DNA from: Elusimicrobiota bacterium
GTDB lineage: Bacteria; Elusimicrobiota; Elusimicrobia; UBA1565
Reading direction: 5' to 3'
DNA: 32,795 nt
Assembly (NCBI GenBank): GCA_043819795.1
Contig: JBDREN010000012.1
Span: 1-32,795, forward strand
The number at the start of each line of letters is the position of its first letter. Position 1 is the first letter of the stretch. The position numbers were made by a program, and so were the translations under genes. Under the pieces are notes generated by a model that saw nothing but the letters and a program-made list of their open reading frames with translations, made no database searches and was not told the DNA's origin. This document shows positions 1 through 7,829 of the stretch, piece after piece.

Positions 1-251
1 CTTGTTCGGGATGGTGGCGTCGGGAATGATCCGGCTCCGGCGTATCGTAGGCCATGAGGATATGGGGCTCGTCGCCGGGAACGTAGCGGGCGGGATATCC
101 ATGCCGACCTCGAAGAAGGTCGTGAGCGGTGGCTCCTCCCCGGTTCCCGTACCCCTCGGAGCCTGAACCTGACCAAGACGAGAGGAATGCGAGGCAACGA
201 CACAGAGCAGAAATAAGGAGGAAAGAAAAACTACAATGTTTTCCTCGCCAT
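1..251 (-). pseudogene. Possible frameshifted secreted-protein gene, running off the left edge
   Basis: ATG at 251 gives MARKTL*. Adding one A to the A4 run (T239-T242 on +) gives MARKNIVVFLSSLFLLCVVASHS..., which is signal-peptide-like and stays open to base 1. Confidence 0.25.
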
Positions 252-797
252 TGGGGCTACGCTAGAGAATTTGCCCACGGAGCGGGACGGCGCCCCCGAC
301 AGCGCAGAGATGTCGCTGATCTGATTCCAGTCCAGACGAAGCTCCGTCAGACTCGTCATCTCCGATAGCACAGAGATGTCGCTGATCTGATTGCCGCCCA
401 GCCAAAGATTCGTCAGACTCGTCATCCCCGATAGCGCAGAGATGTCGCTGATCTGATTGTTGTAGGGCAGATAAAGAACCCTCAGACTCGTCATCCCCGA
501 TAGCGCAGAGATGTCGCTGAACTGATTGCCCCGCAGATCAAGATTCGTCAGATTCGTGGCATACTCGAGACCCGCAAGGTCCGTGATTCCTCTGCTGTTG
601 GCGGAGAGACCCGTCAGGTCAAGCATTTCCGTTGGTGTGGGATCAGAAATGCCCAGGGCGCTCTCTACAGCATCCTTTAAGTTGGCGTCAGCAAACTGGA
701 CCGGGGCATCGGCCATGGCCGGCGGCGAAAGCCACAACACTCCGGCCAAGGCGAGCGAGCTCACTGGCGTTATTTTTCTGGCCTGTATTGGTTGCAT
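231..797 (-). CDS. Secreted internalin-like leucine-rich-repeat protein, probably C-terminally truncated
   Basis: Signal peptide ending AMA-D, LRR cap (VQFADANLKDAV), and about 4-5 repeats of 22 aa (LTNLWLGGNQISDISVLSEMTS). The repeats break off abruptly near 296 and an unrelated tail follows. Confidence 0.75.
   Translation of the reverse strand: MQPIQARKITPVSSLALAGVLWLSPPAMADAPVQFADANLKDAVESALGISDPTPTEMLDLTGLSANSRGITDLAGLEYATNLTNLDLRGNQFSDISALSGMTSLRVLYLPYNNQISDISALSGMTSLTNLWLGGNQISDISVLSEMTSLTELRLDWNQISDISALSGAPSRSVGKFSSVAPMARKTL
297..560 (-). repeat. 66-69 bp tandem repeat encoding the LRR units
   Basis: GAGATGTCGCTGA(T/A)CTGATT recurs at about 307, 373, 439 and 508. Confidence 0.85.
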
Positions 798-892
798 TTT
801 TCCCCTTGCGCCATTCCGAAAATCTTGGGGCCGAAGTCCCGACCGACTCGGCAGAGAAAACCGCTGCCCCGATCGCAGGCCGCCAATCGTCC

Positions 893-927
893 ACTATATA
901 TTTAGCCCCAATAAGCTGACAAGTCAA
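893..927 (-). promoter_or_regulatory. Candidate sigma70 promoter for the LRR gene
   Basis: AT-rich patch with TTGTCA-N18-TATAGT (or TTGACT-N17-TAAATA) on the minus strand. Confidence 0.35.
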
Positions 928-1032
928 GGACAAGCCCCCGACAAACACATAGGAATAACGTTGATAAAACAAGCATTAATAATTTTGTCAGCCGGGTGAG
1001 GAACTGCGGGACTTGGTGGAGCGAGTGGGGGA

Positions 1033-1344
1033 CTACTGCCTGACGGGAGCGGCCCCACCAACGTCTTCCATCGGATCGTCGAAGACTTCCTTCTCCCGCC
1101 TTCTCCTGCGATACTCCCACGGCGCTTCGGGGTTGTCCTGGACCCATAGACCCCGGCGGGCCTCCCGGGCTTCCTTCTCAAGCTCCCCGAGGGTCTGATC
1201 ATTACTGTATTTGCGATACCACCACGCGAAACCCGCCCGGATTGCCTCGCGGTTGAGGCTCCGCCCGTCCGGCAGGATGGCCTTCCCGACGATGCGCCTG
1301 TAGCGGTCGATGGTCTCGATTTCGATAGTGACCACCTTGCCCAA
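1033..1344 (-). pseudogene. Thermonuclease (SNase family), C-terminal fragment
   Basis: GKVVTIE..IDRYRRIVG..SLNREAIRAGFAW..EKEAREARRGLW..PEAPWEYR matches the SNase C-terminal half. The upstream part of the ORF is only the antisense of the integrase. Confidence 0.8.
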
Positions 1345-2031
1345 CGCTATCTGACCATGATCCGGTCCGTCTTCAATAGGGCGAGGATGTGGGGGGACTT
1401 CTACGGAGAGAATCCCGCCCTGGGCGTCAAGGCGGACCGGGAGCCCGCGCATAGGCTGCGCTACCTTTCCCGGGACGAGATGGATCGGCTCCTCCGGGCG
1501 GCCCACCCCAGGCTCAGGCCGGTGCTCCTCTGCGCGCTGCTGACGGGCATGAGAAGGGGGGAGATATTGGGCCTGGATTGGGAGAACGTGGACCTGGAGC
1601 GGGGCCTGATCTATGTGCTCAAGTCCAAGTCGGGCAAGCCCAGGGAGATCCCGATAGCGGGAAAGCTCCGGGATGTCCTGGCGGAGTTGATCCCCCGGGC
1701 CAGCGGCTCTGTCTTTGGCTTTCCCTATATAACCCTGAGGCGGCTTTTCGCCAGGGCCCTGCGGGAGGCAGGCATCCATTCGTTCCGCTTCCACGATCTC
1801 CGGCACACCTTTGCCAGCCACTTCATCATGCGGACCAACGACCTGCCGACGCTCCAGGCCCTCCTGGGCCACTCCACGCCCGCCATGACGCGGCGCTACG
1901 CCCATCTGAGCAGGGGGCATCTGGCCTCCGAGATGGCCGCTTTCGAGTCCGCTATCCCGGCCACCGAGGGCGTTTCAGCCCCAAGGATTGCACCAATATT
2001 GCACCAGGGCCTCAGTCGGCTATCGCACTAA
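1345..2031 (+). mobile_element. Tyrosine recombinase/phage integrase, N-terminally truncated (ATG at 1357)
   Basis: Catalytic motifs are intact: TGMRRGE, KSGKPR, FHDLRHTFAS, LLGHS, RRYAH. Only 224 aa; the arm-binding domain and most of the core-binding domain are missing. Confidence 0.88.
1987..2006 (+). repeat. ATTGCACCA direct repeat (candidate integrase arm-type site)
   Basis: ATTGCACCA at 1987-1995 and 1998-2006, 11-bp period, at the integrase 3' end next to the tRNA. Confidence 0.45.
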
Positions 2032-2042
2032 GGTCGAAAAAT

Positions 2043-2051
2043 TGTTATATT
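2043..2051 (+). promoter_or_regulatory. Extended -10 element for the tRNA
   Basis: TGtTATATT about 12 nt upstream of the tRNA 5' end. Confidence 0.45.
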
Positions 2052-2062
2052 CCCTACCGGAC

Positions 2063-2135
2063 GCCGAGGTAGCTCAACTGGCAGAGCAATCGCTTCGTAA
2101 GCGATAGGTTGTGGGTTCGACTCCCATCCTCGGCT
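2063..2135 (+). tRNA. tRNA-Thr(CGT)
   Basis: 73-nt cloverleaf: acceptor GCCGAGG/CCTCGGC, D arm GCTC/GAGC, anticodon arm ATCGC-TTCGTAA-GCGAT, T arm GTGGG-TTCGACT-CCCAT. CCA is not encoded. Confidence 0.97.
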
Positions 2136-2159
2136 GATTGTTTTTTACGCAGGACCTGA

Positions 2160-2189
2160 AGGCTCCTCCGGGAGCCTGTGCTCTTTCCG
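2160..2189 (+). terminator. Possible weak terminator or processing hairpin after the tRNA
   Basis: AGGCTCC-TCCG-GGAGCCT stem followed by a poor U tract. Confidence 0.3.
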
Positions 2190-2322
2190 GCCCTGCGGCG
2201 CCGCGTGACTGGATGCCCCATGCCCCGGGCGCGCTGGAAGGCTAACGGCACTCTTGCGATGGAGTTCCCGCTAACGCAGCGGACTGAGACGCCGCAGGGC
2301 AAGCCTGCGGCGCTGGCTTGAC

Positions 2323-2351
2323 TTGCGGCTTTATCGGATTCCGGTTATAAT
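2323..2351 (+). promoter_or_regulatory. Sigma70 promoter for the ligase-TPR genes
   Basis: TTGCGG-N17-TATAAT, with the ATG 14 nt downstream and no clear SD. Confidence 0.5.
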
Positions 2352-2365
2352 CACTGGACCATTTT

Positions 2366-4930
2366 ATGGGGAAATCGAAGAAGGCGCGCGCTCTCCAGGG
2401 CCAGGAGGGTGTGCCCACATCCAGCCTGTTCGCCCAGAAGGCCCTCCTTTGGTGGCTCCCCATCCTGTATCTGCTGATCTCGGACTCGTTTTTCCTGCGT
2501 ACCTACGACTCGGCCCAGGTGAAGATCACGCTCGTTCAGATGGGCGGCATCTGCATGCTGGCGCTCTGGCTCTGCCGTCTGCTCGACGAGGGAAAGGGGT
2601 TGTTCTCGAAGACCGACCTCGTTACCCTGGCCCCCTTCATGGCGTACTTCGCCTACAGCATCTTCTCTTACATTCACGCGCCTTATAAGTTCTCCTCGCT
2701 CGACTCTTTCCTGCGGCGCATCTTCTACATGACGGTCCCGCTGATCGTCATCCGCGAGTTTCACGAGAAGTCCGTCCAGCGATTGACCAGGATCCTCATC
2801 TGGACGACCTGGATCACCGTCGGCTACGGCATGCTCCAGTGGTTCGACATCACGTTCTTCGAGAGAGGCGTGGGCAAGGGCCCCGATCCCTTCATCTGGC
2901 GCGGGGCCTTCGGCCTGCGCGTCTTCTCGACGTTCGGGAATCCCAACTTCTTCGCCGACTTCCTCGTGCTCATCTTCCCGGTCCTCGTCTGCCAGTATAT
3001 GAAGACCCGGGACCATAAGCTGATCCCGCTCATCGGGATGCTCATGTGGAACCTCTACTCCACGGGAACGAAGGGCGCCTGGATCGGCTTCGCGGTGGCC
3101 CTGACCCTCTTGACCGCGACCTACGTCTACTTCTTCAACTTCGATCTCTTGCGCCGGTACCGGAGCCGCCTGCTGACGTGTTTTCTGGTGCTCATGGGTT
3201 TCGTGGGCTCCGGGGTCGTCTACAAGCTCAACAACTCGCGTTGGGTCTCGGTCAACTTCCGGCTCTTCACCTGGGAGGCGACCTGGGAGATGGTCATGAC
3301 CCAGCCGCTGATCGGCACGGGCATCGGCTCGTTCTGGGTCATCTATCCGGCCTTCCGCCGGCCGCCCATCTTCCACATCGAGGGCAAGCACAACACCGAG
3401 ACCGACCACGCCGAGAACGAGTGGCTCGAGGTGCTCTTCGACGAGGGGATCCTGGGGTTCGGCATCTTCCTGTGGCTGGTCGTCTGCGCCTGCATGATCG
3501 GCTACAGGGCCCTGAGCCAGCTCACCGGCGGGCTGAAGATGGGCCAGCGCGCGCCCCCGCGGGCGTACGACGTGCTCGGCTACCTCATCGCGTTCCAGGG
3601 GATGCTCGCGCACAACGTCTTCGACGTCAGCATGCGCTTCGTCTCCTCCGGGGTCTATCTCGGCCTGCTTTCGGGCCTGGTCGTGAACCTCGCGCGGGGC
3701 AGATCGCTCGCGGAGCTGCACAGCGTGCGCGAGGCCGCCCCGCCCCCCGGCTCCGATCCGCCCGCGACGCCGAAGGCGGCGCTCTGGCCGCGGCTTTCCG
3801 CCTTCTTCATATGGCCCGCCCGGCTGGCGGCCTGGGGCGCGCTCGGCTACATGGTCTGGACCTTCTCGGGCCAGTTCCAGAAGCTGCAGGGGCCTCTCTT
3901 CGGAATGCGGCTCGGCGGCGAGATCCTCCAGTGGTGGATCGCCTGGGGCTGCTTCCTATTGTGCGTGCTCTCGCAGGCGTTCATCTTCGCCCGCACGGCG
4001 TTGTTGACGCGCAACGCGCTGATCCCGGCCATCATCCTGCTGATGGTCTGGCCCTTGAAGCTCTCATGGGGGTTCTTCCGTGCCGACGTGCATCACAACA
4101 TCGCGATTTACTTCTCGAAACAGAAGAACTGGGAGAGGGCGCTCGAGAACTACCTGATGGTCGGGAAGCTCAATCCGGCCTTCGTCATGTCCTTCTACTT
4201 CAAGGGCAACGTATTCAACGACCGCTTCAATATGGCGAAGGTCTACAACGACAAGTGGGGCGACCGCGACGACGAGCCCCGCGACGATTTCGAGAGGGCG
4301 ATGGAGGCCTACGAGGAGGTCCGGTCCAAGGCTCCGAACTACGTCCAGATGCATCACCAGGTCGGAGTGCTCTACGTCAAGCGTGCGGACTGGGAGCGCC
4401 AGCAGGGCCGTCCCGAGGAGGCCGAGAAGTATCTGGATATGGCCCTCGAGCGCTTCGAGCTCTACCGCAAGCACGACCCGGTGTTCGCCCCGAACTTCTA
4501 CCGCATCGCCCAGATCCACATGCAGCGCAAGCACTACGACAAGGCCATAGAGACCTACAAGGCGTACCTCGATGGACACGGGTGCGGCGTCTCCACGGAG
4601 CTCTCGGACAACTCGTTTTTGCGCAGGAACCTGCTCGCCTACCAGGACCTCTACGAGCGGGACGACGGGACCTGGCAGCATGAGCATCCGGAGACCGAGG
4701 CGTACACCCAGCTCGGCAACGCATATTTCTTCAAGGGCGACTTGATCGAGGGAGAGAAGGCCTATAAAGAGGCCCTCCGCCTCGACGCCAACAACCAGAA
4801 CGCGCAGCGCAACCTCAATGTGCTCTACAACCGCGCCAAGTCCATGAACCGCCTCAAGGTCATCCCGCCGCCGGCGCTTGAGGGACAGCCGCAAGGGGCG
4901 CCCGTTTTCGAGATCGCTCCCTCGCCGTGA
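2366..4930 (+). CDS. O-antigen ligase / O-oligosaccharyltransferase family (Wzy_C-like) membrane protein with C-terminal TPRs, copy 1
   Basis: Many TM helices; STFGNPNF, RLFTWEATWEM..PLIGTGIGSF, DHAENEWLEVLFDEGILG; TPRs such as AYTQLGNAYF..YKEALRLDANN. Confidence 0.85.
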   Translation: MGKSKKARALQGQEGVPTSSLFAQKALLWWLPILYLLISDSFFLRTYDSAQVKITLVQMGGICMLALWLCRLLDEGKGLFSKTDLVTLAPFMAYFAYSIFSYIHAPYKFSSLDSFLRRIFYMTVPLIVIREFHEKSVQRLTRILIWTTWITVGYGMLQWFDITFFERGVGKGPDPFIWRGAFGLRVFSTFGNPNFFADFLVLIFPVLVCQYMKTRDHKLIPLIGMLMWNLYSTGTKGAWIGFAVALTLLTATYVYFFNFDLLRRYRSRLLTCFLVLMGFVGSGVVYKLNNSRWVSVNFRLFTWEATWEMVMTQPLIGTGIGSFWVIYPAFRRPPIFHIEGKHNTETDHAENEWLEVLFDEGILGFGIFLWLVVCACMIGYRALSQLTGGLKMGQRAPPRAYDVLGYLIAFQGMLAHNVFDVSMRFVSSGVYLGLLSGLVVNLARGRSLAELHSVREAAPPPGSDPPATPKAALWPRLSAFFIWPARLAAWGALGYMVWTFSGQFQKLQGPLFGMRLGGEILQWWIAWGCFLLCVLSQAFIFARTALLTRNALIPAIILLMVWPLKLSWGFFRADVHHNIAIYFSKQKNWERALENYLMVGKLNPAFVMSFYFKGNVFNDRFNMAKVYNDKWGDRDDEPRDDFERAMEAYEEVRSKAPNYVQMHHQVGVLYVKRADWERQQGRPEEAEKYLDMALERFELYRKHDPVFAPNFYRIAQIHMQRKHYDKAIETYKAYLDGHGCGVSTELSDNSFLRRNLLAYQDLYERDDGTWQHEHPETEAYTQLGNAYFFKGDLIEGEKAYKEALRLDANNQNAQRNLNVLYNRAKSMNRLKVIPPPALEGQPQGAPVFEIAPSP

Positions 4931-7578
4931 CCGGTCCGACGCGCTGGCTTCTGGTCGCGCTCCATTTCGTCTGTCCGCTTCTCTTCTTCACGAATCTCAC
5001 GCGCAACCCCTACTACACCCAGATCGCCCTGCTGAACATCGGCCTGCTGGCAGCGGTGGCGTTCTCCCTCGGACAGCAGGCCCGCGGCGGCCAGTGGCGC
5101 GTTCCCCGTACCCCCGTCGGATTGCCCATCGTCGTGTTTCTCGGCGTCTGCGCGGCGAGCTGGACCTACGCATACCTCTTCCACGCCGACTTCTACCGCG
5201 ACTCGATGCGCGCCGAGGGCCTTCGCGTGATGCTGTTTACGGTCGTCAACATGTTCGTGCCGTTCTACCTGGCGGCGTCGAGCGCCGAAGACTGTCCCGA
5301 GGATCCGGACGTCCGGATCGGGCCCTGGATGGTCTTCGCCTTGGTATGGGCGCTGCTTTGGTCCTTCTACCCGCAGTTGCGCGGCTCCGCCGCGGCATCC
5401 ACTTCGGTCTATCCCCACCTTTGGGACCCCTACGGCGCGCTGGTCTGGGTCTGCGGTCTGGCCTGGGTGCTCTGGCTGTCGCGCTCGGGCGGGGTGCACG
5501 CGATCTGGCACGTGGCGCTCGTCACGGGCCTGCTCGCCGCCGTCTATGGGATCGGCCAGTACTTCAGCGTCGAGTTCTTCTGGCCGAAGATACTGAACCC
5601 CTACGGCGTCCGCTCCGTGTCCACCTTCGGGAACCCGAACTTCCTGTCCTCCTATCTCGTGATGCTTCTGCCGCTGGCGGTGACGTACTATCTGCACGCC
5701 AGGACGCGCCTGCATCGGGCGCTCTACGCGGTCGTCTTGCTGGCCTTCCAGGCGGCCCTCCTTTGCACCCTCACGCGCTCGTCCTGGATCGGCGCGGCGG
5801 CGGCTGCTGCGCCGCTCGTCTTTTCGCGCCGTCTGCGGCGGCTGGCCCGGGAGGACGTCGAGTTCCACGGGCTCGTGTTCGCCTTCGTCGTGCTCCTCGG
5901 CCTGTTCTGGCCGCAGAGCAACGTCGCCGGCTACGCGCCCACCGTCATCGGGCGCCTCTCCGAGATGGGAGAAGTCTTCGCGAAGGACGCGGGAGCCGCG
6001 CCCTACAGCCCCCTCTACCAGCGTTTTCTTATCTGGCTGTGCGCCTGGACGATGGGGGCCGAGAACCCCCTGCTTGGCAAGGGCTGGGGCCTCATGGAGC
6101 TGTTCTACCCGTTTTATCAGGGGCATTTCATGGAGCATTTCGAGATATTCCGCGCGTTGCGGACCCACGCGAACAACGCCCACAACGAGTTGCTCGAGTT
6201 GTGGGCGCAGGGAGGTATCCTGGGCACGGGGGCGTTTATCTGGCTGTGGGTCGTGTTCTTCCGCGCCGTGTGGGACGCCGTTGGGCCCAAGGTCCCCGCC
6301 GGAGGCGGGGCGACCGAGAAAACCGTCGCTGAACGAAAGGGGCGCGCCAGGGGCAGGACGGCGGCTCAGCCGCCGGACGCCGAGCACGTCTGGATGCTGG
6401 CCGCCTCCGCCGGACTCTTCGGGATGATCGTGGACAATCTCCTGAACGTGTCCCTGCACTTCGCGGTCCCCGCCTTCCTGTTCTGGTGGCAGGCGGGCAT
6501 CGTCATGGGGCACCTGTCGTTGCGGCAGGGTCGCTGGCGGACGCTGCGGTTCCCGAGCCGCGCGGCGGCCGCGGCCGCCGCGCTCGCGATGGCGGGGCTG
6601 TGCGCCTGGGGGAGCTGGCACTGGGCGAGCCAGTGGAACCGCGAGGTCCGGTACTTCATGGGCTTCAAGTTCATGCGCCGGGGGGATCCGCGGAGGGCGA
6701 TCGACCAGCTGACGGCCGCCTACCGCTGGCATCCTCGCGAGGTCAACACGAACTACGAGCTCGGCAACGCCTATGCGCGCTCGGATCGCTACGAGAAGGC
6801 CGTTTGGGCCTACGGCGAGGCGCTGAAGGCCAACGCCGGGTACGATGAGATCTACTTCAATCTCGGCACGATCCTGAGCACCCGTCTGGGCCGCAGGGAG
6901 GAGGCGATCGCGAACTACCGGACCTCCTGGGCGATCAATCCCCTCTCGCATCAGCTCTACGTCAATTTCATATCCCTGCTCCTGCAGGGGGAGCTGTCCA
7001 AGGAGGGGGAGCTCGCGGTCTCGCTGCTCGAGGACGCGGCGCACTTCTTCCCGGGGGAGATGAACTTCCTGGTCAACCTGGGCTCGGTCTACAACCTCCG
7101 TGGCGAGCACGGAAAGGCCGAGGTCGTCTACGCGCGCATCCTGCGCGCGCGGCCCGAGATGGCGGCGGCCGAGCGCAACCTCCGCGCGTCCATCGGCGAG
7201 TCTGGACATCCGGCCCCGGAGGTGCTGGCTCAGGTGGAGGAGTACCGGCGCTTGGGCCAGAGGCTGTCGGAGCGCCGCTTCGACGAGGGTAGCCTGAAGC
7301 TCGCCCGGCAGGTCTCGGAGTGGTTCCCGGGGTCCCTTCAGGCGCGCTTCTACCTCGGGAATCTGGAGATGGTGCACGGGGACGTGGCCAAGGCCGAGCG
7401 CCTGCTTCGCGAGGTGGTCCGGGACAACCCGAAGAACGTCGCGGCCCTGCTGAACCTCGCCCAGATACTGAAGCGCACGGGGAAGCCCTCCGAAGCCGCC
7501 GGTCTTCTCAGGTCGGCCCTTTCGATCGAGCCGGACAACGAGCTGGCCCAGTCGGAGCTTCGCTCCATCGGACCTTGA
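4927..7578 (+). CDS. O-antigen ligase / O-oligosaccharyltransferase family membrane protein with C-terminal TPRs, copy 2
   Basis: GTG start overlapping the upstream TGA; STFGNPNF, TLTRSSWIG, RFLIW..PLLGKGWG, NAHNELLELWAQGGILG; multiple TPRs. Confidence 0.85.
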   Translation: MTGPTRWLLVALHFVCPLLFFTNLTRNPYYTQIALLNIGLLAAVAFSLGQQARGGQWRVPRTPVGLPIVVFLGVCAASWTYAYLFHADFYRDSMRAEGLRVMLFTVVNMFVPFYLAASSAEDCPEDPDVRIGPWMVFALVWALLWSFYPQLRGSAAASTSVYPHLWDPYGALVWVCGLAWVLWLSRSGGVHAIWHVALVTGLLAAVYGIGQYFSVEFFWPKILNPYGVRSVSTFGNPNFLSSYLVMLLPLAVTYYLHARTRLHRALYAVVLLAFQAALLCTLTRSSWIGAAAAAAPLVFSRRLRRLAREDVEFHGLVFAFVVLLGLFWPQSNVAGYAPTVIGRLSEMGEVFAKDAGAAPYSPLYQRFLIWLCAWTMGAENPLLGKGWGLMELFYPFYQGHFMEHFEIFRALRTHANNAHNELLELWAQGGILGTGAFIWLWVVFFRAVWDAVGPKVPAGGGATEKTVAERKGRARGRTAAQPPDAEHVWMLAASAGLFGMIVDNLLNVSLHFAVPAFLFWWQAGIVMGHLSLRQGRWRTLRFPSRAAAAAAALAMAGLCAWGSWHWASQWNREVRYFMGFKFMRRGDPRRAIDQLTAAYRWHPREVNTNYELGNAYARSDRYEKAVWAYGEALKANAGYDEIYFNLGTILSTRLGRREEAIANYRTSWAINPLSHQLYVNFISLLLQGELSKEGELAVSLLEDAAHFFPGEMNFLVNLGSVYNLRGEHGKAEVVYARILRARPEMAAAERNLRASIGESGHPAPEVLAQVEEYRRLGQRLSERRFDEGSLKLARQVSEWFPGSLQARFYLGNLEMVHGDVAKAERLLREVVRDNPKNVAALLNLAQILKRTGKPSEAAGLLRSALSIEPDNELAQSELRSIGP

Positions 7579-7595
7579 GCCGCGGGTATTGAGGC

Positions 7596-7623
7596 TTGAC
7601 AATCCGCGACCCCCGGGTATACT
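7596..7623 (+). promoter_or_regulatory. Sigma70 promoter upstream of pilB
   Basis: TTGACA-N16-TATACT. Confidence 0.7.
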
Positions 7624-7660
7624 TAAAATGAGGGGGCATTTTTTCTTTCATTCGGAGGGT

Positions 7661-7819
7661 TATCGGTCCGTGGTAAAAGCATTTCGGACGGCGAAATCGT
7701 CTGAGGCGAGCCGAGCCGCCGGGCCCCTACCGGGGCCCGGTGTGACCGAGGAGCAACGCGGGCGCAGGCCGCCTCCAGGCGATCGCAGGCCCCGGAAGAC
7801 TTTTACCACGGACCGCTAG
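7661..7819. mobile_element. MITE-like palindromic element in the pilB leader
   Basis: Perfect 16-bp inverted repeat CGGTCCGTGGTAAAAG (7664-7679) / CTTTTACCACGGACCG (7800-7815), TA just outside each end, internal hairpins, and a 15-nt motif shared with the element at 30187. Confidence 0.6.
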
Positions 7820-7829
7820 GAGCGCGACG

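Noticed and set aside
1033..1920. 295-aa minus-strand ORF as an intact gene or an integrase-nuclease fusion
   Set aside because: The N-terminal two-thirds is the antisense of the integrase; only the last 100 or so residues look like SNase.
7661..7819. c-di-GMP-I or glycine riboswitch, SRP RNA or 6S RNA
   Set aside because: Only short fragments resemble these consensuses. Terminal inverted repeats and the motif shared with the 30187 element fit a MITE-like repeat better. An Rfam scan is needed to exclude them formally.
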